Assembly: GCA_038063895.1 (NCBI GenBank)
Contig: JBBTUG010000006.1
Location: 6,701-70,700 of the forward strand
Origin: Patescibacteria group bacterium
GTDB taxonomy: Bacteria > Patescibacteriota > WWE3 > JAMCXX01 > JBBTUG01
DNA length: 64,000 bases
Direction of reading: 5' to 3'
Shown: one piece after another, positions 37,750 to 48,213 of the stretch
Position numbering within the stretch: the stretch's first letter is position 1
Layout of the letters: every line of letters starts with the position of its first letter
Translations under genes and position numbers: made by a program
Notes under the pieces: model-generated
What the model was told of the DNA's origin: nothing
Seen by the model: only the letters and a program-made list of their open reading frames with translations
Databases searched by the model: none

Positions 37750-38847
37750 ATGATTCAATTTATCGCCCTCACCCTGTTTTCCTTTATTACCGCGTTTTTA
37801 ATGGCCGGAAAAATTATCGATACCCTTTACCGGTTTAATGTCCGGAAACGTTTAAAAATAGATCTCGATACAATATTGGAAACCCATAAAGCAAAAGTCG
37901 GGGTGCCGTTGATGGGCGGAATTATCGTTATTTTACCGGTTTTGATGATCAACCCGGTTTTTAATTCTGACCGGAACGTCCTGATTCTTTTGACCCTAAT
38001 CTTATTTGCGGGCATTATCGGACTGACTGACGATTTACTGACGGTCTTCGGACACGAGCGGTTGACATTTAGAGTCCGGGAGACCGTAAATCCTCTGGTT
38101 TCTTTTTCGGAATTAAGCTGGCTTTTTTACCGATTGCTTTTAAAACCCTGGCGGATGATAAAAGAATTTTTTCTGGGAATGGGCAGCCAGGCGAGCGGGC
38201 TCCGGGCGCATGAGAAATTTATTTTGGAATTAATAATTGCCGGATCGGCCGCCGCTTTTCTGTACTTTCGGATGGGTTTGAGTTCCGTCTGGCTTCCGGG
38301 CCTCGGTCCAATTAATATCGGAATCGTCTACATTTTATGGGCAACTCTGTTGATGGTCGGTTACGCCAGTGCTTTTGGTTTAACTGACGGGCTGGACGGG
38401 CTTTCCGCCGGAACGCATACCCTAGCTTTTCTGGCATTCGGTATTATTGCCTTCGCCTCCGGTTTATTCCCTTTGGCCTTCTTTTGCGCGACGGTGGTCG
38501 GGGCGGAGCTGGCTTTTTTGTATTTTAATATTTACCCGGCCCGGGTGGAGATGTCTGATGTCGGCACGGTGCCATTAGGGATGGCTTTCGCGCTAGTCGG
38601 TATATTAACCGGCCGGGAAATCCTTTTGCCCGTAATCGGCCTGGTTTTCACGCTGGAGATTCTTTCTAGTTTTTTGCAGGTCGTAGGGGTTAAACATTTT
38701 AAAAGAAAACTGTTTTTAATGGCCCCTCTGCACCACCACTTCGAAAAGTTGGGTTGGCCGGAGACGAAAGTGACAATGCGGCTTTGGTGGCTGGGTGCAA
38801 TCTCTGGCTTAACGGGAATAGTGCTGGCTTTCGCATTTAACCGATGA
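37750..38847 (+). CDS. mraY: Phospho-N-acetylmuramoyl-pentapeptide transferase
   Basis: 'P.MGG', 'DD', 'TDGLDGL', 'APLHHHFE..GW.E'. Confidence 0.92.
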   Translation: MIQFIALTLFSFITAFLMAGKIIDTLYRFNVRKRLKIDLDTILETHKAKVGVPLMGGIIVILPVLMINPVFNSDRNVLILLTLILFAGIIGLTDDLLTVFGHERLTFRVRETVNPLVSFSELSWLFYRLLLKPWRMIKEFFLGMGSQASGLRAHEKFILELIIAGSAAAFLYFRMGLSSVWLPGLGPINIGIVYILWATLLMVGYASAFGLTDGLDGLSAGTHTLAFLAFGIIAFASGLFPLAFFCATVVGAELAFLYFNIYPARVEMSDVGTVPLGMAFALVGILTGREILLPVIGLVFTLEILSSFLQVVGVKHFKRKLFLMAPLHHHFEKLGWPETKVTMRLWWLGAISGLTGIVLAFAFNR

Positions 38848-40103
38848 CGCTAAAAAAGATTAAGTCCTACCCGAAAAATAATTCGCGCCCGGATTATCCG
38901 CTGTTTTTTCTCCTTTGCCTCCTGCTCATCTTCGGGGTTTTAATGGTTTATAACGCCTCCGTCGTTTACAGCACTAACGTTTTCGGCGGAAAGTACTATT
39001 TTTTGCTTCTCCAGGGACTTTGGGTTTTGCTGGGACTGGTGGCTTTAACGGTCGCGGCGAACTTTGATTATCACCACTATCTTTCCCTCGCGAAGCCTCT
39101 AGCTATCCTGACTTTTATTCTGCTTATTTTTTTAGCTTGGCCAAATTTCCCGGTATTAAACCGGTTCGCGCCTACTCCGCTTTATCATTTATTAACGCCG
39201 CAAACCACGGAATTGCGGGTTTACCGCTGGATTATTGTTAATCCCTCCCCGTTGCCGCCGTTGCCCTTTCTCGGCCGCTTTAATTTTCAACCGACCGATA
39301 TGGCGAAGATTACACTGGTTATTTTCCTGGCGGCCTGGTTGTCACGATTGAAGGGTGATTTGCAATACCGGCGGGGAAAAAGAGACTGGCATACCTTTAA
39401 AATCTTTCTGAAGTTTTTTATTTTTTTTGGAGTCACGGCGCTGCTGACGGTGCTGGAACCGGATTTCGGCACGGCGGTTATTCTTTCGTCCTGTCTATTG
39501 CTGGTTTACTTTTTCGCTGAGTCGCCCCTGTGGTCGTTATTCCTCACTGTCGGTCTTTCCTTCCTTTCCGGAATATTTTTTATTTTAACCTCCGAGTACC
39601 GCCGGGAAAGACTAATGACTTATCTCAGTCACAGCGGTTCGGATCCGCTCTCAACCGGCTATCACCTGCAGCAAGTTCTCATCGCCCTGGGATCCGGCGG
39701 CTTGACCGGGTTGGGGCTTGGCCAGTCACGTCAGAAGTATGAGTATTTGCCGGAAGTCGCGACGGATTCTATTTTTGCGGTGGTTGGGGAAGAGCTGGGG
39801 CTGCTCGGGACCGTCGCCGTAATTCTTATTTTTGTCGGTTTAATCTACCGGTGCATTGATGTTTCTAAAAAAGCTCCGGATGAGTTCGGCCGTCTGCTGT
39901 CAGGCGGTCTGACTGCTTGGCTGGCAATTCAGTTTTTTGTGAATATCGCGGCAATGACCGGCATTTTACCCTTGACCGGAGTCCCGCTACCGTTTATCAG
40001 TTACGGCGGTTCCTCGATGGTGACCAGTTTAATCTCGGTCGGTATTATCCTGAATATCAGTCGCCAGGCCGTCCGTCCAACTTCCCCGGACATCCGGCGC
40101 TAA
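38844..40103 (+). CDS. ftsW: SEDS protein FtsW
   Basis: 'RW', 'FQP', 'EPDFGT', 'LPE..TDSIF', 'TG.PLPFISYGGSS'; dcw context. Confidence 0.92.
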   Translation: MTLKKIKSYPKNNSRPDYPLFFLLCLLLIFGVLMVYNASVVYSTNVFGGKYYFLLLQGLWVLLGLVALTVAANFDYHHYLSLAKPLAILTFILLIFLAWPNFPVLNRFAPTPLYHLLTPQTTELRVYRWIIVNPSPLPPLPFLGRFNFQPTDMAKITLVIFLAAWLSRLKGDLQYRRGKRDWHTFKIFLKFFIFFGVTALLTVLEPDFGTAVILSSCLLLVYFFAESPLWSLFLTVGLSFLSGIFFILTSEYRRERLMTYLSHSGSDPLSTGYHLQQVLIALGSGGLTGLGLGQSRQKYEYLPEVATDSIFAVVGEELGLLGTVAVILIFVGLIYRCIDVSKKAPDEFGRLLSGGLTAWLAIQFFVNIAAMTGILPLTGVPLPFISYGGSSMVTSLISVGIILNISRQAVRPTSPDIRR

Positions 40104-40107
40104 TAAT

Positions 40108-41247
40108 ATGGATGACTTAAAAAATCCCCTTAAAATAGTTTTCGTCGGCGGCCACCACACGCCGGCTTTGGCGGTGATGGCCAGTCTTGCGGCGAAACTA
40201 AAGACCGCCGGAAAACCATATAAATTTTATTGGATAGGTCACAAGTATTCGATGTGGGGTGATAAAAAAGAAAGCGCCGAATACCGGGAGGTCACCGCGC
40301 TAAATATTCCTTTCTACGATTTAAAAGCCGGCAAACTTTACCGGACCTACCACCCATTAAAATTACTGCGTCTGCCTTTAGGTTTTCTTCAGGCGCTCCT
40401 TTATATCCGCCGTCTCAGTCCGCAACTAACCGTTTCTTTCGGGGGGTACTTGGCGGTTCCGGTGGCGCTGGTTTCCTGGTTTCGGCGGATTCCGGTATTT
40501 ACCCACGAACAGGCAGTGTCGCCCGGCTTAGCCAACCGTATAATTGCGCACTTTGCCAGAAAAGTCCTGATTTCCTTTCCCGAAAGCCAACAATATTTTC
40601 CGAAAAATAAATCCGTCCTGACGGGCAACCCGCTTCGCAAAGAGATATTTGAAGTTAACCAGCCCATTTCGTTCCCGCTTGATCGGGAAAAATATCCGAC
40701 AATTTATATCACGGGGGGAAAACAGGGGGGACACACAATCAACAGGACCGTCGGCGAAATTCTGCCGGAGCTGCTGAGCCATTTTAATATTATTCACCAA
40801 TGCGGCAGCTCCACCGTGTACGGCGATTTCCAATATTTGGAACTGGAGGCGGGAAAACTTCCCGATTCTTTAAGCGACGGATATATCCTAAAGGATTATT
40901 TTGCTGCTAGTCAAGTCGGATCCGTTTTCGCCAAGGCTGATTTTGTACTCTCCCGGTCCGGGGCAAATATCGTTTCAGAATTGGCGGCACTGGGCAAACC
41001 GGCGGTCTTAATTCCGATTCCGTGGTCCTCTGGCAACGAGCAGGAAAACAATGCAAAGGTTTTGGTTAAAGCCGGCTTGGCCGTTATCCTCCCGCAGACG
41101 GAATTATCCGGAGAGAGACTTTTGAAAACCTGTTTGGAGTTCTCCGGGAGACTAAAGGAATTCATCCCGGAGCGCGCAACGCGGGCACCGGTTGAGCTAA
41201 GCGCGGCCGAAATTATCGCAACCGAGCTTTTTATGGCTATCCGTTAA
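40108..41247 (+). CDS. murG: Lipid II N-acetylglucosamine transferase
   Basis: 'GGH..PA', 'FGGY', 'HEQ', 'TGNPLR', 'SRSGA', 'Q..NA'. Confidence 0.95.
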   Translation: MDDLKNPLKIVFVGGHHTPALAVMASLAAKLKTAGKPYKFYWIGHKYSMWGDKKESAEYREVTALNIPFYDLKAGKLYRTYHPLKLLRLPLGFLQALLYIRRLSPQLTVSFGGYLAVPVALVSWFRRIPVFTHEQAVSPGLANRIIAHFARKVLISFPESQQYFPKNKSVLTGNPLRKEIFEVNQPISFPLDREKYPTIYITGGKQGGHTINRTVGEILPELLSHFNIIHQCGSSTVYGDFQYLELEAGKLPDSLSDGYILKDYFAASQVGSVFAKADFVLSRSGANIVSELAALGKPAVLIPIPWSSGNEQENNAKVLVKAGLAVILPQTELSGERLLKTCLEFSGRLKEFIPERATRAPVELSAAEIIATELFMAIR

Positions 41248-41255
41248 TTGTCTCT

Positions 41256-42098
41256 ATGACCAAAGCGCTTTTAAATGCCGGAAAACTCTCCCCGCGTTTT
41301 TCTCCCCGACGCCGTTTTGCGCGGCGGGCAGGGCCGGGAAAAGGCCGTAACCGAATAAAATATTTGCTGCTTGGTATTATCGTTCTGGTTCTCTTAATCG
41401 GTGCTTTGATTATTTTAGTCAGCACAAAAAACTTATTGCCGGTCGGAAAAGTAAACTGTAGAGGGGGTTGGGAAGTTACGGAAGCGCAACGCGGAGAGTG
41501 GTGCGCTTTTATTGAAGAAAATATTATTGGCAGGAGCCTGATTTTTTTGGATGAAGCCAAACTTAGAAGCTTAATGAAAACCGCTTTTCCGGCTGTCTCG
41601 AAAATCAGTTTCGAAAAGAACTTCCCGGCGGCGGTTTCTGTAATGATCGCTAAGAGGTTACCGGTATTTTCCGTTTTTGCCGAAGGGGAAGCGACCACCT
41701 CCGCAACAGCGTCCGGTTTCTTTTGGGTTGACGAGACCGGGGCTTTATTTTCGGAAGTGGAGAATCCGGAAATAGTTCCCGCTCTTTATTTCCCCGAGGC
41801 CACAGGATCATCAAACTTCAAGGTGGGCGGGACATTGGATTCCGGATTCTTACGCTTTACCGCTGAAGTGCTCTCAAAACTTAAAGCTGAAGGACTGGAA
41901 AGCGTATTATTGCGTCAAGGCACGGACAATTATTTAAACGTCACTTTGGTCGGCGGGGTAGTGGTTCAATTCAGTCCCCGCAAGCCGGTGGATCCGCAGG
42001 TTACAATCTTGCAATTAATGATTGAGAAATATAGAATGGAAGGGAGGGCGCTTAAGAGAGTTGACTTGCGTTTTCAAGACCCGGTAGTTGAGTACTAA
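41256..42098 (+). CDS. FtsQ/DivIB-like protein
   Basis: TM, POTRA-like 'K.FP', C-terminal 'VDLRF'; precedes ftsA. Confidence 0.8.
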   Translation: MTKALLNAGKLSPRFSPRRRFARRAGPGKGRNRIKYLLLGIIVLVLLIGALIILVSTKNLLPVGKVNCRGGWEVTEAQRGEWCAFIEENIIGRSLIFLDEAKLRSLMKTAFPAVSKISFEKNFPAAVSVMIAKRLPVFSVFAEGEATTSATASGFFWVDETGALFSEVENPEIVPALYFPEATGSSNFKVGGTLDSGFLRFTAEVLSKLKAEGLESVLLRQGTDNYLNVTLVGGVVVQFSPRKPVDPQVTILQLMIEKYRMEGRALKRVDLRFQDPVVEY

Positions 42099-42135
42099 AA
42101 CTACTCTAAAAGGGTCGAGTTAGGTTTACCTGACC

Positions 42136-43440
42136 ATGTCTAGAGAACGAATAATAACCGGTATCGATATTGGCTCTTCAAAGATCTGCACCGTTATTGC
42201 GCAGCTTTCCGGCGAAGATAAAGTTTCCGTCATTGGCGTCTCTTCTACCCCTTCCCGGGGGATAAAGAAAGGCGTTGTTGTCGGTATCGACGAAGCAGTG
42301 GAAGCGATTGCTAAAAGTTTAGAAGCGGCTGAGCGGATGGCCGGTTACGCTGTCAATGGCGCCTTTGTTTTAGTTGACGGTAGCCATATAGCCTCAATGA
42401 ATTCCAAAGGAGTCGTCGCGGTCGCCCATCAGGATACGGAAATTACGCCCGTTGATGTCTCGCGGGCAACCGAAGCCGCCCAGGCGGTCTCCATCCCCTC
42501 CAGTCAGGAAATGATTCACGTTATTCCCCGCGGTTACATCGTTGATTCCCAGGAAGGGATTAAGGATCCACTGGGGATGAGCGGAATACGTCTCGAGGTT
42601 GAAACCAATATTATTTACGGAGCCGCAGCGGTGATGCGGAATCTCGTCCGCTGTGTCCAGCAGGTCGGGGTTGATGTTGAGGATCTGGTTTACTCAGGCA
42701 TCGCCGGAGCCGAATCGGTTCTTAACGACACCGAAAAAGAATTGGGCACGATTTTAGCGGACATCGGCGGCGGTACTGCTTCGGTGACGATTTTCTTAGC
42801 CGGTAGTCCTATTTATTCGTCAGTGCTTCCGATCGGTGGGCAGAATATTACCAACGATTTAGCCATTGGCCTTCGGACCTCGATTGATAATGCCGAAAAA
42901 ATTAAAATCCGTCTTTCCCAGGAAACCGCGCAACACAACTTAATGACGGGAATTAACAGTGATACTGATTTCACCCCCGTGCTGGCTAAACTGGTTTCCC
43001 AGGAAACAGTCCGGAACGATTTATTGGACGTATCCGATTTGGGTTTGGAAACCGGAAAAGTGGAAAAAAGAATTTTAAATGAAATTATTAGAGCCCGTCT
43101 GAATGAAATATTTTCCCTGATTGCGTTGGAGATAAAAAAGAGCGGACTGGCCGGCAGACTGCCTGGGGGAATCGTAATTACCGGCGGGGCAGCGGAAACC
43201 GTGGGAGTGACGGAAGCGGCTAGGAGCATTTTGAAAATGCCGGTACGAATCGGATATCCGAATGGGGCGACGGGATTGATTGAGGAAGTTCGGGGTCCGG
43301 CCTACGCGGCGTCGATCGGGTTAGTTTTGTACGGGGTGAAAAACGTGACCTCCGGCGGCGGACTTTCCGGGTTGTCTAAAGGAAAGTTCGGTAGTGTGCT
43401 TAAAAAAATAATCGGATTCGTTAAATCCTTATTGCCCTAA
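42136..43440 (+). CDS. ftsA: Cell division protein FtsA
   Basis: 'GIDIGSSKI', 'DIGGGT', 'GG..IT.D', 'TGG.A'. Confidence 0.96.
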   Translation: MSRERIITGIDIGSSKICTVIAQLSGEDKVSVIGVSSTPSRGIKKGVVVGIDEAVEAIAKSLEAAERMAGYAVNGAFVLVDGSHIASMNSKGVVAVAHQDTEITPVDVSRATEAAQAVSIPSSQEMIHVIPRGYIVDSQEGIKDPLGMSGIRLEVETNIIYGAAAVMRNLVRCVQQVGVDVEDLVYSGIAGAESVLNDTEKELGTILADIGGGTASVTIFLAGSPIYSSVLPIGGQNITNDLAIGLRTSIDNAEKIKIRLSQETAQHNLMTGINSDTDFTPVLAKLVSQETVRNDLLDVSDLGLETGKVEKRILNEIIRARLNEIFSLIALEIKKSGLAGRLPGGIVITGGAAETVGVTEAARSILKMPVRIGYPNGATGLIEEVRGPAYAASIGLVLYGVKNVTSGGGLSGLSKGKFGSVLKKIIGFVKSLLP

Positions 43441-43445
43441 ATCCA

Positions 43446-44510
43446 ATGTTTATTAAACCGGAAATCGAAAAATTCGCGAAAATTAAAGTAGTTGGAGTCG
43501 GCGGCGGGGGTGGAAATGCCGTTGCTTCAATGATTAATACCGGTCTCATTCAGGGGGTTGAGTTCGTTACGGTGAATACCGATAAACAGGCGCTGGCGGG
43601 AAATCCCGCCTTGGCAAAGGTTCAGATTGGCGAGGCGTTAACAAAAGGACTGGGGAGCGGCGGACAGCCGGATATCGGGCGAAAAGCGGCCGAGGAGAGC
43701 GCGGAGAAGTTGCAGGAAGTCCTTAAGGGCTGCGATATGGTTTTTATTACCGGCGGGATGGGCGGGGGAACGTGTACCGGGGCGGCCCCGGTTGTCGCCC
43801 GGATTGCGAAAGAGCAAGGAGCACTGACTGTCGGAGTCGTGACTCGTCCGTTTAATTTTGAAATGTCAAAGCGGGCTTCCCAAGCCGAGGAGGGAATTAA
43901 CCAACTGCGGGAAAAAGTCGATGCTTTAATTACAATTCCGAACCAAAAACTCCTGGATTTAGTTGACAAAAAAATGTCGATTATTGAAGCCTTCCGGATG
44001 GCTGATTCGGTTCTTGGCCAGGGAGTGCAGGGGATTTCCGATCTGATTGTTACGCCCGGACTAATAAACGTCGATTTTGCCGATGTCCGGACGATTATGA
44101 CGAATGCCGGCTCCGCATTAATGGGAATTGGAGAGGCCACCGGTGAAAACCGCGCGACTCTAGCCGCTAAAGCTGCTGTTTCTTCCCCGCTGCTGGAAGT
44201 TTCGATTGACGGAGCAACGGGGCTGTTGATAAATATCTTCGGAGGCAAGGATCTGACAATGCACGAAGTCGACGCCGCGGCCCGGATTATTTCCGAAGCC
44301 GCCGATCCGGAGGCGAACGTTATCTTCGGGGCGACGATCGACGAGAGTTTATCGGAAACGATGCGGGTGACCGTCATCGCGACGGGGTTTTCACTCGGAG
44401 CCGCGAAGGCGATTGAAAAGGCCGCACAGGAATCCTCCGACTCTCTGAAGAAAGAAAAAGAAGAAGATGACTTTTTTGAGATCCCGACATTTATCCGGCA
44501 GAAAAGATGA
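43446..44510 (+). CDS. ftsZ: Cell division protein FtsZ
   Basis: 'GVGGGGGNA', 'NTD', 'GGGTCTG', 'NVDFAD', C-terminal 'EIPTFIR'. Confidence 0.97.
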   Translation: MFIKPEIEKFAKIKVVGVGGGGGNAVASMINTGLIQGVEFVTVNTDKQALAGNPALAKVQIGEALTKGLGSGGQPDIGRKAAEESAEKLQEVLKGCDMVFITGGMGGGTCTGAAPVVARIAKEQGALTVGVVTRPFNFEMSKRASQAEEGINQLREKVDALITIPNQKLLDLVDKKMSIIEAFRMADSVLGQGVQGISDLIVTPGLINVDFADVRTIMTNAGSALMGIGEATGENRATLAAKAAVSSPLLEVSIDGATGLLINIFGGKDLTMHEVDAAARIISEAADPEANVIFGATIDESLSETMRVTVIATGFSLGAAKAIEKAAQESSDSLKKEKEEDDFFEIPTFIRQKR

Positions 44511-45007
44511 ACAGTAAAAGCAGCGAAAAAATAATTTATCTCGGCATCGGCATCCTGTCCCTTTTTGGAATCCTCTTAACCGCTTTTCTAATTTTTAAAG
44601 CCAGCCGCCTTTCCGGTAATTCCGTCCCCGTCGTCGATTTTTCGAGTGAGCGGGTTTCCACGACTTCAGCCGACTCTCTGCAGGAGGCGTCCCTGAGCGC
44701 CCTCCTCACGCTTGATTTCGGGACCGCTTCAAAGGAAGCGGAAAGGCTGTCGACTTACAGCGGGATAATTGACAATAAGACGACGGCTCTGGACTTTTTA
44801 GCGCAGATTGCGAAAGAAAATAATTTTACTCTGGAGTGGATTGATCAGCCTTTCGGGGCATTTGTGAAGGCAATTTCCGGGATCGTGAATAAGCGGAGTT
44901 TACTTTGGATTTTTTACTATAACGGCCGCTCTGCCCCCATTTCCCCGGATAAACAAGTTCTCCGGGCGGGCGACAGTGTCGAGTTCCGCTACTCTCCGGC
45001 GAATTAA
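44507..45007 (+). CDS. DUF4430-like membrane-anchored protein
   Basis: TM; 'FGAFVKAI.G', 'W.FY.NG', 'GD.VEF.Y'. Confidence 0.7.
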   Translation: MNSKSSEKIIYLGIGILSLFGILLTAFLIFKASRLSGNSVPVVDFSSERVSTTSADSLQEASLSALLTLDFGTASKEAERLSTYSGIIDNKTTALDFLAQIAKENNFTLEWIDQPFGAFVKAISGIVNKRSLLWIFYYNGRSAPISPDKQVLRAGDSVEFRYSPAN

Positions 45008-45072
45008 TTACCCTCTGCCTTTTTGTTTTTTCCCGTGCACGTCGGGTTAAGTTTTGTTAATATTAGTCTGTT

Positions 45073-47952
45073 ATGAGCAAAATTGAAGCCGTTCCCGATT
45101 TTCCCCTGAATGAAAGAGAAACTCTTGCGGGTTGGAAAAAAGACGGAGTGGAAAAGAAATATTTAGCCAGAAATGAGTCTTCCCCGAAGCGGTTCCGGTT
45201 TATCGATGGCCCAATTACGGCTAATAACCCGATGGGGGTTCACCACGCCTGGGGCCGGACCTACAAAGATTTTTTCCAGCGTTATAAAAATATGCAGGGC
45301 TTTGCCCAGAGGTTCCAGAACGGTTTTGACTGCCAAGGTCTTTGGCTCGAGGTTGAAGAGGAAAAGAGCCGGGGCTTTAATTCGAAGAAAGACATTGAAA
45401 ATTTCGGCTTGGCTAACTTCAGCCATGCCTGCCGGGCCCGGGTCGAGAAATATTCCGCCATTCAAACTGAACAATCGCAGCGGCTGGGGATGTTTATGGA
45501 TTGGGGAAATTCGTATTATACGATGTCCGAGACGAACAACCTTTATATCTGGCACTTTTTAAAAAAATGCAATGAAAAAGGCTGGTTGTATAAAGGCGTG
45601 AACTCGATGCCCTGGTGCGTCCGCTGCGGCACGGCGATTTCCGCTCACGAACTCTCCGACGAAGGTTATAAAATAGTGGAACACGAATCAGTTTACGTGA
45701 AGTTTCCGTTAGTTTCGGACGATTCCAAATCCACGGCAACAAGTCTTCTAATTTGGACAACGACGCCTTGGACGCTTCTCGCCAATGTGGCCGTGGCCGT
45801 GAATCCCGATTATTCCTACGTTAAAATCAGAACGGAAAGCCGGCCGGAAGAGTTATTAATCGTAGCCGAAAACCGTCTTTCCGTAATCCCGGACGGCTAC
45901 CAGGTGCTTGAAAAAATCGCGGGGAAAGACCTGGTTGGGAAGACTTACCGTGGGCCTTTTGATGAACTAGGGGCGCAAAAAGAAGTGCAGCACCGGGTAA
46001 TTGACTGGCCGGAAGTTTCGGAAACGGAGGGAACGGGACTGGTGCACATCGCTCCCGGCGCCGGCGAGGAGGACTTTATATTAGGGAAAAAATTTAAACT
46101 CCCGGTTTTGGCGCCGCTTGATGAGTTTGGGATTTACTTGCCCGGTTACGGCGAATTTACCGGTAAGGATGCCCGCCGGATTAATGCCGAAGTGTTTGCT
46201 TCTCTGGAAGCGAAAAAATTCCTTTTTAAAACCGAAAAAATAAAACACAGTTATCCGCATTGCTGGCGGTGTAAGGAGCCGTTGGTTTTCCGGGTGACGG
46301 AGGAGTGGTTTATTAAGGTTGACCCGATTCGTCCTCTGCTAAAGCAGCTAACTGAAAAGATTGACTGGCGGCCGGATTACGTCGGGAAAAGGATGCAGGA
46401 TTGGTTGTTGAATATGAACGACTGGCCGATCTCCCGCCGGCGATATTGGGGGCTGGCGCTGCCGTTTTATGAATGTCCGAATAATCACTTAACTGTCGTC
46501 GGTTCGAAAGAAGAACTAAGACAGTTGGCGGTGGAGCCGGAAAAGGTTGACCACTTGCCGGAACTGCACCGGCCGTGGATTGATGAGATAAAAATTAAAT
46601 GTCCGCAGTGCGGGACGACAGTGGCCCGGGTGAGTTACGTCGGTGACTGCTGGCTGGACGCGGGGATCGTTTCCTTTTCGACTTTAAAGTACCTCGAGGA
46701 TAAAAGTTATTGGGAGAAATGGTTTCCGGCGGAAATGGTGACGGAATACGTGGCCCAGGTGAAACTTTGGTTTTACTCCCTACTTTTTATGGCCGCGACT
46801 CTTGAAGAAAGAGCGCCTTTTGAGAAAGTTTTTACCGACGGGTATGTGGTGGATGAAAAAGGGGAAGTGATGCATAAATCGAAAGGGAATGCGATCTGGT
46901 TTGACGAGGCGGTGGAGAAGATGGGGGCGGATATTATGCGCTGGGTTTATATGCGCGCCGATAATGCTAAGGATATAAGGTTCGGTTACGGCATTGGTGA
47001 CGAGGCCCGCCGGCGTTTTTTCCTGATTTTATGGAATAGCCTGAAGTTCGTGCTGGATAACCGGGAGGTTGACGGAGTGCCGGTAGGGAAGTTATCGCAG
47101 GGGGTTGGAAAATCACTGCCGGTCCTCGACCGCTGGATTCTATCCCGCCTCAACAGCACGCTAAAGCTGGTGACAGAGGCGAATGATGATTATCACCCCC
47201 AGCCCGGGGCGTTGGCGATTGAAGGTCTGGTAAATGACTTATCCACCTGGTATATAAGGCGCAGCCGCAACCGGGTCGGACCGGCGGCGGAAAATCAGGA
47301 GGATAAAGAGTCTTTTTACCAAACCGCTAATTCCGTTTTTTCGGTTCTGGTCAGGATGCTCTCTCCGTATACGCCTTTCTGGGTCGAGCGGATTTATAAA
47401 TACTTGGGCGGGGAAAAGCTCTCGGTTCATCTTGAAGACTGGCCGGTTGTAGAGGAACTACGGATTGATGCTGAGCTTGAAAAGGAAATGGCGTTAGTCC
47501 GGCAGATTTGCGAGGCGGGTCACGCGGCGCGGAAAGCCGCTAAAATTAAAGTCCGACAGCCACTTGCTTCGCTCGATGTCAAAGTTTCCACCAAAGGTGG
47601 ATCCGCCTTGGGCGGACAAAATTCAAGATTAATAATTTCTGAAGATATAAAAAAACTTGTACTGGCGGAGCTTAACGTGAAACAGCTGAAGTTTACCGAA
47701 GAGGCGGGTCTGAAAGAGATGACGGTGGAATATGATTTGAATATCACTCCTGAACTGAAAGCTGAGGGCGAGGCGCGGGAGCTGATCCGTTCTATTCAGG
47801 AGCTGCGGAAAGAAAAAGGCTGCCGGCTGACGGACAAGATTGTGGTTTCGGCGTCGGCCTGGCCGGAGGCTTTTGAAGCCCTAATTAAGCGGGAAACTTT
47901 AACGGCAGAACTAAAACAGTCCTCCGATCCTCTTTCCATCACAGTTTTATAA
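45073..47952 (+). CDS. ileS: Isoleucine--tRNA ligase, type 2
   Basis: 'DGP.TAN..GVHH', 'WTTTPWTL', 'HCWRC', 'ISR.RYWG', 'MHKSKGN', 'WY.RRSR.R'; IleRS2-type C-terminus. Confidence 0.95.
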   Translation: MSKIEAVPDFPLNERETLAGWKKDGVEKKYLARNESSPKRFRFIDGPITANNPMGVHHAWGRTYKDFFQRYKNMQGFAQRFQNGFDCQGLWLEVEEEKSRGFNSKKDIENFGLANFSHACRARVEKYSAIQTEQSQRLGMFMDWGNSYYTMSETNNLYIWHFLKKCNEKGWLYKGVNSMPWCVRCGTAISAHELSDEGYKIVEHESVYVKFPLVSDDSKSTATSLLIWTTTPWTLLANVAVAVNPDYSYVKIRTESRPEELLIVAENRLSVIPDGYQVLEKIAGKDLVGKTYRGPFDELGAQKEVQHRVIDWPEVSETEGTGLVHIAPGAGEEDFILGKKFKLPVLAPLDEFGIYLPGYGEFTGKDARRINAEVFASLEAKKFLFKTEKIKHSYPHCWRCKEPLVFRVTEEWFIKVDPIRPLLKQLTEKIDWRPDYVGKRMQDWLLNMNDWPISRRRYWGLALPFYECPNNHLTVVGSKEELRQLAVEPEKVDHLPELHRPWIDEIKIKCPQCGTTVARVSYVGDCWLDAGIVSFSTLKYLEDKSYWEKWFPAEMVTEYVAQVKLWFYSLLFMAATLEERAPFEKVFTDGYVVDEKGEVMHKSKGNAIWFDEAVEKMGADIMRWVYMRADNAKDIRFGYGIGDEARRRFFLILWNSLKFVLDNREVDGVPVGKLSQGVGKSLPVLDRWILSRLNSTLKLVTEANDDYHPQPGALAIEGLVNDLSTWYIRRSRNRVGPAAENQEDKESFYQTANSVFSVLVRMLSPYTPFWVERIYKYLGGEKLSVHLEDWPVVEELRIDAELEKEMALVRQICEAGHAARKAAKIKVRQPLASLDVKVSTKGGSALGGQNSRLIISEDIKKLVLAELNVKQLKFTEEAGLKEMTVEYDLNITPELKAEGEARELIRSIQELRKEKGCRLTDKIVVSASAWPEAFEALIKRETLTAELKQSSDPLSITVL
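47587..47616. repeat. Palindromic family B copy, in-frame in ileS
   Basis: TCCACCAAAGGTGGA TCCGCCTTGGGCGGA = STKGGSALGG. Confidence 0.85.
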
Positions 47953-48146
47953 GCACACACATTTATATAGAGGAAACACTCTCGATTAGACTTACGCTTC
48001 GAGCCGAGGGCGAGAAGTTCTCGGCCTGACGGCCTCGAACGGTAACTTTTGGTCCAATCCAAGCGTGTTATGTGAGTAAGCGTGTTTGTCTTATTAATAT
48101 CAATACCAAAAACACCTTGCTATCGCGTGCGTATTTTGTATTGAAC

Positions 48147-48184
48147 AAAAAAAGAAACGCGCACCTTTTTCGGGGTACGCGTTT
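48147..48184 (-). terminator. Intrinsic terminator
   Basis: AAACGCG...CGCGTTT with A-tract on the left. Confidence 0.7.
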
Positions 48185-48213
48185 GTAGAGATACTGATTC
48201 CCTGTTCACCATG

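Noticed and set aside
43622-44377. 251-aa antisense ORF and similar shadows (9278-9883, 13204-13812, 17636-18136)
   Set aside because: They lie opposite well-supported genes and have no motifs or expression signals
45001-45073. T-box upstream of ileS
   Set aside because: Only about 65 nt intergenic; no GGTGGNACC motif
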